A stretch of 64,000 nucleotides of DNA. Origin: the human T2T-CHM13v2.0 reference genome, Homo sapiens. The stretch lies in assembly GCF_009914755.1 (NCBI RefSeq), contig NC_060933.1; one strand, 5' to 3'. This document shows positions 45,391 to 59,029 of the stretch, in pieces. The stretch's first letter is position 1, and every line of letters starts with the position of its first letter. The notes beneath the pieces were generated by a model, which saw only the letters and a program-made list of their open reading frames with translations, ran no database searches and was not told the origin of the DNA. Position numbers and translations under genes: made by a program.

Positions 45391-46167
45391 TACATGGACA
45401 GGCCAGGGGAATCAGTAGGATTTGATGCTTCGAGGGTACTTTGGGAGTACATCTGTATTAGATTACTGCTCCCGGGTGCTTGCTGGCTTTCACATCTTGG
45501 GTACATGGACAGGCCAGGGGAATCAGTAGGATTTGATGCTTCGAGGGTACTTTGGGAGTACATCTGTATTAGATTACTGCTCCCGGGTGCTTGCTGGCTT
45601 TCACATCTTGGGTACATGGACAGGCCAGGGCAATCAGTAAGATTTGATGCTTCAAGGGTACTTTGGGAGTACATCTGTATTAGATTACTGCTCCCGGGTG
45701 CTTGCTGGCTTTCACGTCTTGGGTACATGGACAGGCCAGGGGAATCAGTAGGATTTGATGCTTCGAGGGTACTTTGGGAGTACATCTGTATTAGATTACT
45801 GCTCCCGGGTGCTTGCTGGCTTTCACATCTTGGGTACATGGACAGGCCAGGGCAATCAGTAGGATTTGATGCTTCGAGGGTACTTTGGGAGTACATCTGT
45901 ATCAGATTACTGCTCCCGGGTGCTTGCTGGCTTTCACATCTTGGGTACATGGACAGGCCAGGGCAATCAGTAGGATTTGATGCTTCGAGGGTACTTTGGG
46001 AGTACATCTGTATTAGATTACTGCTCCCGGGTGCTTGCTGGCTTTCACATCTTGGGTTCATGGACAGGCCAGGGGAATCAGTAGGATTTGATGCTTCGAG
46101 GGTACTTTGGGAGTACATCTGTATTAGATTACTGCTCCTGGGTGCTTGCTGGCTTTCACGTCTTGGG
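45391..46167. repeat. Minisatellite: 7 complete tandem copies of a 111-bp unit
   Basis: Units start at 45391, 45502, 45613, 45724, 45835, 45946 and 46057, each with 0-4 substitutions versus unit 1. Confidence 0.99.
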
Positions 46168-47305
46168 GGTGTGGAGCTTACACATGTTTTCTATTCTTAA
46201 AACTCAGTTCCTATTGAAGTGATGACCAAAGTGATTTTGTTTAGCTTTTAAGAATACATGGCTATGCTCTGTGAAGGTCCTACATCCACTCTTGCCCATC
46301 TCCAGAATGATATTTTAAAAAGCAAATTTGGTCATATTATGTAAAACCCTTCCATGGCTTTTCATGCCTTTAGGATTAACTTTCATTTTTAACATGGCTT
46401 AAGGGGCCCTCCCTGCATGGTCAGCCTGCCCTTTCCCCAACACCTTGCTAGGCTAACAGCTCCCTCGGGTCCAGCGTAAAGGTCACTTATTAGCCTTCCT
46501 TGGCTCCAACCACATTAGGTTCCCCTGTCACTGTCCCTCTTGTAATCCCAGCTGCTTTTCAGTGGGGCACATGCCATACTTGTGGTTTTGTTTTTCATCC
46601 GCCATGAGTTCAGCACTGTGCCTGTCTTATTCACCACCACATCCCCAGCCCCCAGCTCAGTTCCAGGCAGCCAACAGGCACTGGGATATTGGAATAAATG
46701 AATTATGAAGCACAGTTGACTGTCAGTGTCTAATGTACTAAAACTTCTCTAATACAAAAAGTAGGAGGAAAAATTCTTCCTTTTCCCTAAATCATCAGAT
46801 ACTCATATGTAACCAACATTTGTCACATGCATTTACTTTTATGCAAAGAGCAATTCTAGATGCTGTGGGGCAGAAATGAGACCAAGACTGGAGGCTTGTC
46901 CTCTGGAACCTCACAGTCTTAGTGTAAGTTACACACAGTCTGAGGAGAGGAGCCCAGAAGGCTTCACAGCTAATTCCTCCTGGAAAATCCAGCTAACTGA
47001 TGAGATGTGGAAGTGTGAGCGGGATCACAGGCTTAAACGTCTGCCCTGTGAGGGTGGGCTTTCGAGAACGCAGGACAGACAGCTGTAAAGTCATCCAAGC
47101 TTGAACTGCAATAGCATGAACCAGTACACATTCCTAAAATGCTTAAATAAGATATAATTTGAATATAGAAAGTACTGTGCACAAATTCCATTCTACTGGT
47201 TGTAAGTGCCTATTCTTACGATATTTGTGAGCAAAAATCACTGAAGAAGATATAACTCAGTTTTCTTTACATATTCTGATGCCTTACGGGGGAGCAAAAA
47301 CTGAA

Positions 47306-47602
47306 TCGATGTTGTCCAATAGAAATAGGATGCAAGCCACATATGTAATTTTGAATTTTCTAGAAACCACATTATACAAGTAAAGAGAAAGATGAAATTG
47401 TCTTTAATAATATATTTTATTTAACCCATTATAGCCAAAATATTAACCACTATTAAAAATTATTGAGATATTCTATGTTTTTTTTCATACTCTGGATTTC
47501 GGTCTGTATTTTATACTTACAGCACATTTCAATTTGGACTAGCCACATTTCAGGTGCTCAGCAGCCCGCTGTGGCCAGTGGTGCCCGTAATAGACGGTAC
47601 AG
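47306..47602. mobile_element. MER33 (hAT-Charlie) fossil
   Basis: tgtccaatagaaataggatgcaagccacatatgtaatttt...gactagccacatttcaggtgctcagcagcc. Confidence 0.8.
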
Positions 47603-48890
47603 CACTAGATAGTTTGCCTTTCTGTTCGATATATGTTTCATGTTTACCTCCTTGGTTTTATGTTTTATCAGTGGGTTTTTCTTTTCAATAGAGAAATGGA
47701 TTCTTGATTTAGAATTAGGATATATTTAGGCTCTGGATTTTTTAAAAAAAATTCTGAAAGTCTGTTTCATGACACTTGAATGGAATTGTAGACAGTTGGA
47801 CTGTGGACCTTTTCCAGACTTAGCATCCTTGTTATGAGAGAGGCCTTTTCAGTTTGCACTGAGAAGTTACTCTTACCCTGATGTGATAATCTAATACAAA
47901 TTTCCAAACTGCTTACATAAAAAGCAGCTTGAATGTGAAAAATGTTGTACACAGTAGGGGTTTGTTTCTCTATGGAAATGCTTTTCCCTTGAATGCCTAT
48001 ATGGTCTAGATTTTTCCAGCATTTCTGAGATTTGGGTATCAAATTGGGGTCATTCGATGTCTATTTAGAATTTTTTAATAATTTCAAATCTCATTTGTGA
48101 AATATTGCCTGTGGAAATAAAAGCTAGCTGTATTAGTTTCAAAATGTACCATTAGTCCCTGGAAAGATACTCTATTAAAATTAGTGTACTTCTTTTCCCA
48201 CAGGCTGTGCTCTTAATCATGTCCTTCCAAAGATGAATAAATACAGTGATTATATTTGGTGACTGTGGAACTGAAAATGAATACATGTATTACTTGGCAT
48301 TCATGTAGACAAATCCTTGGTCTCACAACACACTGAATTTACTGTTTTTTCCTGGAGGACAGGATAGCTTGTATTCATCTTTGCATCTTTTAGAGTCCTT
48401 AGCATTATGCCTGGTACATTGTTTGCTCTCAGTATGTCTGGTGAATAGGTGTATGAATGAATATATCCATCCTTCACTTAAAGAATAAGGGATGTGTGCT
48501 GAGTCTAGTAGCCAGAGCTTTTCCATTTCCACATCCTGGCAATGAAAAATAATCAAAATGCATAAAGGACAGATTACAAAAGCAGTTGTGAGGAAAATGT
48601 TGTTAAGCTTCAAAGGAATAGGGTATTTCAAGGATAAATATATTAAGAAAGAAAACTTAAGTCAGGTGATGGGTGATATAATTCATATACTAATGTATTG
48701 AAAGGCTGGAGGGTTTCTACTTCTACATCTTTGGGGAAAATATTGAAAATAGGTTCCTGAAATATGTGAGACACTGTAAGTGATTTAGACTTTTAAGTCA
48801 GCTAGAACTGGTGGAATAATGATATTCTTTACTTGTGTGTCTAAACAATGAATGCTAAAGCCAGATCTTGCTTAAAAGATTCTTAATCAG

Positions 48891-49228
<338 letters not shown>

Positions 49229-49299
49229 TTAAAATGCATGTGTACATGTATATTGAGAATTAAGTTAATGGCACCTCACGTGAATAGTCCCTAAATACT

Positions 49300-50810
49300 A
49301 TAAATAAATACCATACCTAAATCCTCAGCATGGCCTTTAAGATCCAGCATGTGGTGGCCCCTGTGCTTTCTGTCTCTCCTAGTTCCTTCTCCCTCTTGTT
49401 CACTCTGTGGCCTTTAGTTTCTTCAATTCCTCAAGTTCTTTGCTGTATCAGGAGTTTGTAGCGGCTGTTTCCCCTTCTCCTGGTAGAATATGGGCCCTCA
49501 TCTGCCCCTTCTTCGACAACTGTCTTCTCACCATCCCTCCTGTCTCAGCTTATGTATCTCGACTCTGAGTGGTGTCTTCTGAGGGCCAAGTCGAAATCAT
49601 TTCTACTCCAGTTTTATATTTTCATGCTACCTTTATATCACATGAGTTCCCCTCAACAAATCTCTTGAGAAGTTCCTCACTTAGAATAAAATTGAAAGCA
49701 CTTATGTGGGTTACAAAGTCCTGAGGATCTGAGCTCATTCCTTATGTTCCTGGCTGTCTCCATCTCGCTCCTTCTGAGCTAGCCTTCCTCAAACACACAG
49801 GCACTATTGTTCATGGGGCCTGGCCAGCCCCTTTGCTTCAATCACTTCCTCTCCATGTCTTCTCAAAGCCTTCGCTGGGGTCTCTGCTCAAATGTCACCT
49901 AATTTGTGCAGCTTTCCTGACCATCTTGTTTAAAACATCAGCCCTTCTAACTTCCTAAGCCTTTTCTTGTTTTACTTTTCTTCAGAGCATTTAGCACCAC
50001 TTCAGATGTACATTTACTTGTTAAAGTGTTGCTTGTCACTGCTACCGAAATGCAGTGACGCAGTGACTTGAGCACAGGATTGTTTGTACACTGCAAAGAG
50101 CCCAATTCTATTCTTTTATTGCACTTTTCATAATATTTACTTTATGCAACTTATGATTTGTTCACTATACTGCCTTTTTCCATTATTACTCTCCTATTTT
50201 ACATTCTTCACATAGCAGCCAGTTCCATCCATTAAAGATGTAATTCACATCTTGTCACTCCTCTGCTTGTAACTCTCCACTGGCTTCCATTGCACTGAGA
50301 ATTATCCTCAGACTTGTTCCTGCCTCGGGGTCTTTGCACAGGTGTTTCTTCTGCCTGGAACACTCTTCTCCAGCTCCTGTTAATGTCTGCTGCTCCTCAT
50401 CACTCCACCTTCAGTCAGATGCCGTCTCCCTGTACAGTCCTTTCCTGCCCCGACCCCTATTGAAAATAGTTTCTCCTCATCCCTCTCATACCTCCTTATA
50501 TTATTTCCTATCAACATTTGGAATTATCTTCTAATTTATCTTTTTGTTTATTGTTTTCACATCACTCCCATTTCTCATATAGAACGTAATCTCCAGAAGG
50601 GTAGAATCTTGTCTGTCTTATTTACTATTCGTAATAATGGAAGTAGTGCCCTCAGTAAATATTTATTGAATGAATGCTGTTCATCTCTTCCAGTATATTG
50701 TAAACATAGTCATTGAAGACAAGGACTATGTCTCTTTTACTCCTTTATATATACCCAGTTCCTAGCACAGAGTTTGGTGCTAGCGATTGATTAATTTGCT
50801 TAATGAATGA
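49300..50810. mobile_element. Cluster of L2 fragments
   Basis: Pyrimidine-rich L2 3' motifs (ctcaaatgtcacct, tcactcctctgctt, ctgcctggaacactcttc, agtaaatatttattgaatgaatg). Confidence 0.6.
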
Positions 50811-51246
50811 ATCAAATCATGTGAAGCATACATAAGCTCCATCTTACGGGAGTAGCTAACTTTTCAGGTAAGTGTCGTGGTCTGCAGACTTTTACAGATC
50901 AGTATCAGAGCTGTTCTCTGTGTAATATCTATTTGGTGTCATGTACAATTAGTATATTTCACAATTGCTTTGGGAAAAGTGTGGATGTGCATACTGTCAT
51001 GTATAAAATCACTGGGCTGAAGCTATTAATAGACATTTGTGTTTATATACATAGATAATAGTTGTATCTATTTTTGAATGAGAAAACTGAAGCTGCAAGG
51101 TGATTAGCAATTTGCCCGAACTATACAACAGAACAGCCAGAATCTTTATTCAGATATTACTATCTCCAAGGCACATTCTGTTTTCAAAACAAAATGTCTT
51201 ATGCTACAAAGTCTTAAACTACAAAGATACCTCCAGGCTTGGTAAG

Positions 51247-51886
51247 TGTGGCAAGTGTACTCTAGGGTGACTTGTACAGGTTCACACCCTTATATAATCC
51301 CTTCCCGTTGGGTGTAGATGGAACCTGTGACTTGCTGCTAACCAATAAATATGGCAAAGGTAATGGAATCAACTACTCACCACTCCCTTGATAGTGATTA
51401 CATTATATGGCCAAATCGATGGTGCATCACTCCCATGACCAAGTCACATTATGTGAGACAGTCTTAGCAGACTAATACGAGAGACATTCCCTTCCTTGTC
51501 TAGAAGAAGCACACTGCCATGTTATGACAGCCCAAGGAGAGGACCACATGTCAAGGAACTGGGGGTAGTCTCTAGAACCTAAGGGTGGCCACTGGCCAAC
51601 AGCCAGCGGGAAGCCAGAGCTCTCAATCACACTGCCACAGAGAAGTGAACAGCCCGGACTCAGGAAGACAGCAACCCACGTGAGCCTGGATGCAGACTTC
51701 TCCCCTCTCTGGCCTCCACATGGCAAAGCAGTCTGACTCTACATTGTTTGCAGCCTGGCGAGACCCTGAGCATAGGACTCAATTTAGGCATGCCCAGACT
51801 TACTTGCAGAAACTGTGAGGTAATGTGTGTTGTTTGAAGCCACTGAGTTTGTGGTACTTTGTTATTCTATGTAGAAAACTAATACA
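51247..51886 (+). mobile_element. MLT1E-like MaLR solo LTR
   Basis: tgtggcaag...gaacctgtgacttgctgctaaccaata...aagccactgagtttgtggtac...agaaaactaataca. Confidence 0.75.
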
Positions 51887-53119
51887 GTGTGGCTGTTCCC
51901 AGCCAGAGCTCCTATTTCAAGCATACAACTGTCTGCTGGGGCCATCAGGCTATTTGCCCTGTGGCTTTAGGCTCCTTGGATACCTTACATTGAAGTAGGA
52001 GGTAGATTGGGAACACCTGTCACTGTCTTTTCAGCTTAAGATGAGGTCTCCTGAACCCCCCAGGGAGTATAGGTCAGTCCAGTTCCACCAAAGACTGAAG
52101 ATATCTTTGTGTTTTGAAACATGATAGCAAAGAACACTTGGCACAGTGCCTGACACTTAGTAGGGACTCAAGAAATATTATGCACCTTCCTTTCCTGGGG
52201 TACTGCAGCTCAACCTAGGGCATCTCAGATGCTAACCCAGCAGTTCCTCCCTGGGCAAGGTCTTTAGAAATCCCACTGCAGGACCCTTCTTACAATAAGG
52301 ATATATTATTTACCACCACCCTCTATTTGCTCTGAAAACCTGAGAAAGCAAAGGCTGATGATGTTAGTACACTGAGGGTTGTGTATTTTTCAGATTTCAC
52401 AAACTGTTTTATGCCCCTGAGGGGGACAGTTGCCTGCTTTGCCAGGGCACTCTGTGAGACCTGTGTTGGCACCTTGCAGCACCCAATCTTGAGGTGGGAG
52501 ATGTTTGCTGCCCCATGTCACAAGTTCTTAGGGCTGCTGACTGTGTACTACAGCACAGGGTCTTAATATCCCTCCCTGCTGTTTCCTACTTGAGGCATAA
52601 GAGAGCTTTGTCACCTTGGAGAGAGGTGTTATATAAATACCATTATTTGGGTTGAGAGTAGCACGATCCAGTGCTAGGGTTGTCTATTTGTGTAAGTCAG
52701 TAGGCAAATCTTCCTCTTCCCTTTTCTCAGTGTCTTCTAATAGTTAACTACAAAAGAAACAACATAGATGTGAGTATATTTACCTAAGTTCTCATTACAG
52801 TATAACTCTTTCTGTCATTTCGTAATTGTTAGTGTGCAAAACAGCAGAGCACATTGGTATCAGTGCAGAGAGCATCAGAGGGCCACGTTTCAGACTTGTA
52901 GATGCTCTGAGACTTCACCTAAGAAAACCAGGCCATAATATGCAATAATCACATGTTGCCAAAATGAAATGCATGCTAAGATGCTATTTATTACATAAAT
53001 TTTGTTGGAAGTATTAAGCCCCAAATCTTATTTAGTGTGATTTGAGGATTTATACTCATCTTACAATTGTAATCTCTATATTAGACTTCACAAATTTAGT
53101 TAAAATAATTTAGAATTAA

Positions 53120-56045
53120 TTTTTCTTATTTTTCATAGTAAAACATGCATAACATGAAATTATCTTAACTATTTTTAAGTATACATTTCACTGGTATTAA
53201 ATACATTCATAATGTTGCGTAATCACCACCACCATCCATCTCCATAACTCTTTTTGTCTTGTAAAAGTAAAACTCTATCCCCATTAAGTAATAACTCCCC
53301 CTTTCCTACTTCAGCCGCTGGCTACCACCATTCTACTTTCTGGCTCTATGATTTTAATTATTCTAATCACTTCATGTAAGTGGAATCACATAGCATTTGT
53401 CTTTTTTGTGACGGCTTTATTTCACTTGGCATAATGTCCCAAGGTTTACTTATGTAATAGTGTATATAAGAATTGCCTTCCTTTTTAAGGCTGAATAGTA
53501 TTCTGTTGTGTGTAAATAGTGCAATTTTTATATAGATTCACCTGTTGATAGACAACTGAGTTGCTTTCACATTTTAGCTATTGTGAATAATGCTTCTATG
53601 ACCATGAGTATACAAATATCACTCTGAAACTCTGCTTTCAATTATTTTGGGTAGATATCCAGAAATGGAATTGCTGGAACTTAAGGGAATTCTATTTTTT
53701 ATTTCTGAGGTACCACTGTGCTCTCTTCCACAGCATTTTACTTTCTCACCAACAGTGCACAAGGGTTCGAGTTACTCTACATCCTTGCTAACACTTGTTA
53801 TTTTCTGTTTTTTTGATGTTTACCATCCTTATGAGTGTGAGGTGGTATCTCATTGTAGTTTTGATTTGTAATGACCTAATGATTAGTGAAGTTAACCACC
53901 TTTTTATGTGCTTTTTAGCCATTTGTATGTCTTCTTTGGGGAAATGTCAATTCAAGCCTTCGCTCATTTATTAATCCAGTTGTTTGGGTTTTTTGTTGCG
54001 TTTTAGGAGTTCTGTACATATCAGATATGATTTACAAATATTTTCCCCCATTCTGTGGGTTGCCTTTTTACTCAGTTTCTAGTGTCTTTTGATGCACACA
54101 ATTTCTTAACTTTCGTGAAGTCCAATTGTGTAATTTTTTTTGTTGTTGCATATGCCTTTGGTATCATATCCAGGAATTCATTGCCACATCCAGTGTCATG
54201 AAGCTTTTGCCTGTGTTTTCTTCTAAGAGTTCTAGAGTTTTAGATCTTACAGCTAGCTCTTTAATGTATTTGGAGTTAATTTTTGTATATAGTATTAGAA
54301 AAAGGTCCAAATTCATTTTTTTGCATATAGATCCATTTTTCCCAGCACCATTGGTTGAAAAGACTATTATTTCTCGTGAGTGGTCTTGGTACCTTTGTCA
54401 AAAATCATTTGACCGTGTATGCAAGAGTTTATTTCTGGGCCCTCTGCTCTGTTCCCTTGGCCTACATGTCTGTCTTTATGACAGTACCACACTGTATTAC
54501 CATAGCTTTGTAGTGAGTTTTCAAATCAGGAGGTGTGAGTCTTCTAGCTTTGTTTTTTTAAGATTCTTTTTGCTATTTGGAGTCCCTTGAGATTCCATAT
54601 GAATTTTAGGGTGGGATTTCCATTTCTACAAAAAATGTTACTGAGACTTTGATAGGGATTGCATTGAATCTTTAGATTGCTTTGAATAATGTTGACATCT
54701 TAATAATATTAAGTCTTCGAGTTCATGAACATGGGATGTATTTCCATTTATATATGTCTTTTAAAATTTCTTTCAGCAGTGTTTGGTAGTTTTCATTGTT
54801 GAAGTCTTTTACCTCCTTGGTTAAATTAATTCCTGAGTATTTTATTCTTTTTGATACTATTGTAAATGGAATTAACCTTTTAATTTCCTTTTCAGATTGT
54901 TCGTTGTCAGTGTATAGAAATGCAACTGATTTTTGTGTGTTGACTTTGTGTCCTGCTACTTTGTTGAATTCATTTATTAGTTCTGACAGCTTTTTGTGGG
55001 AAATCTTTAGAGATTTCTATATGTAAGATCATGTCATCTGAAAATAGATAATTTTACTTGTTTACATCCAATTTGGATTCCTTTTTCTTACCAAATTGCC
55101 CTGGCCAGAACTTTCAGTACTGTGTTGAATAGATGTGGTCACAGTGGGCATCATTGTCTCGTTACTGATCTTAGAGTAAAAGCTTTCAGTCTTTCACCAT
55201 TTAGTATGATGTTCATTGTGAGGTTTTCATATATGACTTGTACCATGTTGAGGTAATTTCTTCCTATTCCTAGCTTATTGTTTTTATCATGAAAAGGTGT
55301 TGAACTTAGTCAACACTTATTCCTGCATCAATTGAGATGATCGTGTGTGTGGTTTTTTTTTTTACTCTATTTTGTTAATGTGAGGTATTAGATGGACCCA
55401 TTTTTGTATATTGAACCATATGCTTGTATTTCAGGAACAAATACCACTTGGTCATGGGGTATAATTTTTAAAATATGCTGTTGAATTTGCTTTGCTAGCA
55501 TTTTGTTGAGAATTTTCACAACAATGATCGTAAGAGATATTGGTCTGTAGTTGTCTTGTAGTGTCTTTGTCTGGCTTTGCTATCAAGATAATGCTGTCCT
55601 CATAGAATGAGCAGGAAATTTTCCTTCTTCAATTTTTTGGAAAAGTTTGAGGAGAGTTGGTGTTAGTTCTTCAAATATTTGGTAGAAGTCACTGGTGAAG
55701 CCATCAGATCCTAGGCTTGTTTTTGTTGGGAGATTTTTGATTACTGATTCAATCTTCTTACTAATGATAGGTCTGTTCAGATTTTCTATTTCTTTGTGAG
55801 TTAGTCTTGGTAGGTTTTGTGTTTCTAAGAGTTTGTCCATTTCATTTAGGTTATACAGTTCATTGTTGTGCAGTTGTTCATAGTACTCTTAATAATCTTA
55901 TTTACTTGTGTAGATCAGAATGAATATCCCCACTTTTTATTTCTGATTTTAGTAATTTGTGTCTTTTCTCTCTGTTTTTTTCTAGTTCAGCTAGCTAAAT
56001 GTTTGTCAATTTTGTTGATCTTTTCCAAGAACAAACTTTTAATTT
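53120..56045 (-). mobile_element. L1MB-like (MB3-type) LINE-1, ~2.9 kb, degenerate
   Basis: ORF 55583..55840 is an ORF2 fragment (MDKLLETQNLPRL). L1MB-type 3' UTR at 53120-53600. Confidence 0.88.
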
Positions 56046-57566
56046 TTTCCATCAATTAAAGACATCCTTGGCTCTTGATAGGTGATGAAGGGGCAAGTGT
56101 ATTTTTAGCTGTTGGTTGCCATTTCAACGAAATAGCCGTCAACTGTAATTTTCTCCAAAAGTGGGAAAACAGAGAAAAAAACTAACATTTTTCTGTACTT
56201 CATTTTCCATCTGTAAAATGGAGAAACAAAACCCATCTGTTGTGTTTTGCAAGGCTGGATGATGTGTACGCATTATATATGTAGTAGATAACTTCTGAAA
56301 TTATAGTTATAGGATGAAATCTGGTTATGGTCTTCAGTTTTTCAGGTATTTCAGGGCTCTTTCTAAGTTTCTGGACCAGATAGTAGCAATTAATGAATAC
56401 TACTACAAATTATTCGGCATTTGTCCTGCTCAAGATCTCTGCTCCTTTGGGTAATGAGGCTTGGTTTCTATAAGACAGATAGGGATGACAAAGGAATTAG
56501 GTCACTAAAAGCAGTGAAAGACTTCAGAAACCATGTTTCATGTCTTTGGTCTTCCCTGATGGATGCTAAAGCCATTAGGTTTCCCCCAACAGTCAGAACA
56601 CAAAGATGTGACTTGGAGTACTGTGGCCACCTGTTCTGCCCAAGTGCATCAGCTGTGTTCATCAACTCACACCAAGGGTGGGGGTTGGATTCTCTTCTTC
56701 CCTGTTGTGATAGACAGATGCCCTGTCATTATGTTTTTATGTGAAATTTCACAGTGAAAGAAGGAAGCCACTCTTGAGAATACAGCAATTTAAATCAGGT
56801 TGTAATTTTTAAAAAGTGATTTACAAAAGGTCTTTCCCAAAATACTGCCATCATAATCATCTAGGGTGGGGAGAAAAATAGGGTGCGGAGGGCAGAATCA
56901 CCCCTCATCCTTGCTCTTCCAGCAGGGAACACTCATTTTCACACCCCTGTGCCTCTGCAGCCCCACCCTTTGTTGAGGTTTGTGCTGGGCATGTACGTTC
57001 CACAGAGTCTGCTGGTTTCCAGTGTGACAGAAATCTCATTTGTGATAAACCTTGATTTTGAATTGTAGTAAATGAAACTTTAAAAAAAGCAGACATTAAA
57101 ACTCCCTGTTTTTTTCCCTAGGAAAAGGAGCATTCCATCTTCTGGCATCACTGTCCTTGGGACTAAACCCCCTTAGAAAACACCGCTTTTGCCTAGCCCT
57201 CAGAGGCTTGGTCCCCTGACATTTTACACTTTTCCAGAAAAAGAATCTCAGGGGCTTTCCTACAAATGTCTGTCACAACCTCAACAACCTCACAACCTCA
57301 AGTCTGTCCTATTTTAGAGACACACACACAAAAATGCTATAAAGGAAGTATTAATACTTGTTTAGAGAGATTATCAGGAACATTGTACTTAACAGTGAGA
57401 AATCTGAATAATGTGTATATGAGTGTGTTATGTTATTCTTTGTACTTTGCATTTTCAAAATGTCCCATCTTTTTTTTTTTTTAAGCCAAGAAGTATGATA
57501 ATACTTACCTGGCCACCACAGATGAGAATTGAAGTGCAATAAAACTTGCCACAAGCTGGGAGGAAC

Positions 57567-57759
57567 CAGCAGTGTGCTGCTACAGGCTTAACAACCATCT
57601 TTCTGGAAGAAAAACCTTGATTTGTAGCATGAGCCAGTTTCTGTGTCTCACATGGCCATTTTCAAGCTACCAGTGTGACATCACTGAACTGTGACTTGGA
57701 AAAAGAGGCTCACACTTGGCTCCCCTGAGCAGTGCTGGCCTAACTCCAGCACACCACTG
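57567..57759 (-). mobile_element. MER63A-like hAT-Blackjack fossil
   Basis: TIR-like ends cagcagtgtgctg...ccagcacaccactg. Internal ggccattttcaagctaccagtgtgacatcactgaac. Confidence 0.75.
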
Positions 57760-58295
57760 GATTGAACTGCCAAGAAAGAGTAGCTCCCACGGATAGGGAG
57801 GAAGCAGATGCTCTGTAAATACCTGTAGACAGAGGCAGGGAGACCTTTGTAGAATGGAGAGTGTTAGGGACCTTCCTCTTCTTTATTTCGGAAAATCTTA
57901 GATTACATATTCATTGGTTGATCTCATGCTTGTGTGCTTATGGAAATAAAGCATTTAGTCAGTAAAATATTGTTACCCAAGGACTCAATAACCATGCAGT
58001 CAATAAACTGTATATATTTTTAGAGGCTTCTTTCAAACATAACTTTTTAAGATGACTTTATTCAAAAAGAGTAAACCCAGGTGGAATATTTATAAAGATA
58101 AAAGCTTCAGAAATCCATGTGAAATGAAAATTATGTAATAATTGGTTTGCTCACAAATATAGTAATTCAGATAGTTTTAAAAAATTACTTTGATTTAAAG
58201 TTTGTTAAAATAATCAAGTTTAAAAAGAAAGTATATGGGTTGAGTGATATCCCTCCCAAATTCATTTCATTTTCCCCCGGAACCTCAGAATTTGA

Positions 58296-58660
58296 TCTAT
58301 GTCAGCTCAGGCTGCCATAACAAAATATCATAAATAATAGAAATTTATTTTCTTGCAGTTCTGGAGGTTATATAGTCCAAGATCAAGTTGCTTGACCATG
58401 TTTTAATTTCTGATGAGGGCTCTCTTCCTGGCTGGTAGTTAGACGCCTTCTCACTATGTCCTCATGTAACCTTTTCGTGGTGCATGTGTGTGGAGGGAGA
58501 GAGATTGTTCTCTCTCTTCCTCTCTTATAAGGTTACCAATCCTACTGGATTAGGACTTTGACCTCCTGACTTCCTTTAATTACTTCCTAAAAGCACTATC
58601 TCAAAATACAATTACATTGGGTATTGGGGTTTCAGCATATGAATTTGGGGAGGACAAATA
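58296..58660 (-). mobile_element. MLT1A-like MaLR LTR
   Basis: gctcaggctgccataacaaaata...cagttctggagg...atgaatttggggaggaca. Confidence 0.8.
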
Positions 58661-59029
58661 GCAGTCTTCTTACCTTTTTTACATTCATCACTTACCAACT
58701 CTATTCCTTTAGCGTAGGTTGGGCTCTCATCCCTATCTTTAGTTTTATACTAGAGGCAGACTAGATATTTATAGCCGAACCCACCAACTCTAAGAACTTT
58801 CCTCTTGTCCATGACAATCTGGGAGTGCCATATTTATACATTTCAGTATACCTCTTGGTTAACATACTTCCATAACACAATTTACCATACTGGTCATAGC
58901 CTCCATTTTATTGAATAGTTCCATAAGTGCCAGGCACGGTGCTGGATACTCTAAAACATCATTTGTAATCCTCACAATAAACCCAGCAAGGTAGCTTTGA
59001 TTTTCTCCATTCTGTAGATGAAGAAATCC

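Noticed and set aside
45391-46167. Regular repeat array resembling CRISPR or a repeat-protein exon
   Set aside because: Units are contiguous with no unique spacers, the DNA is human, and no convincing splice sites bound the ORF. It is a minisatellite, so no CDS was called.
56331-56352. tttttcag|gtattt AG-GT junction as a recursive site
   Set aside because: Weak donor, a competing AG just upstream, and no clear downstream RS-exon donor
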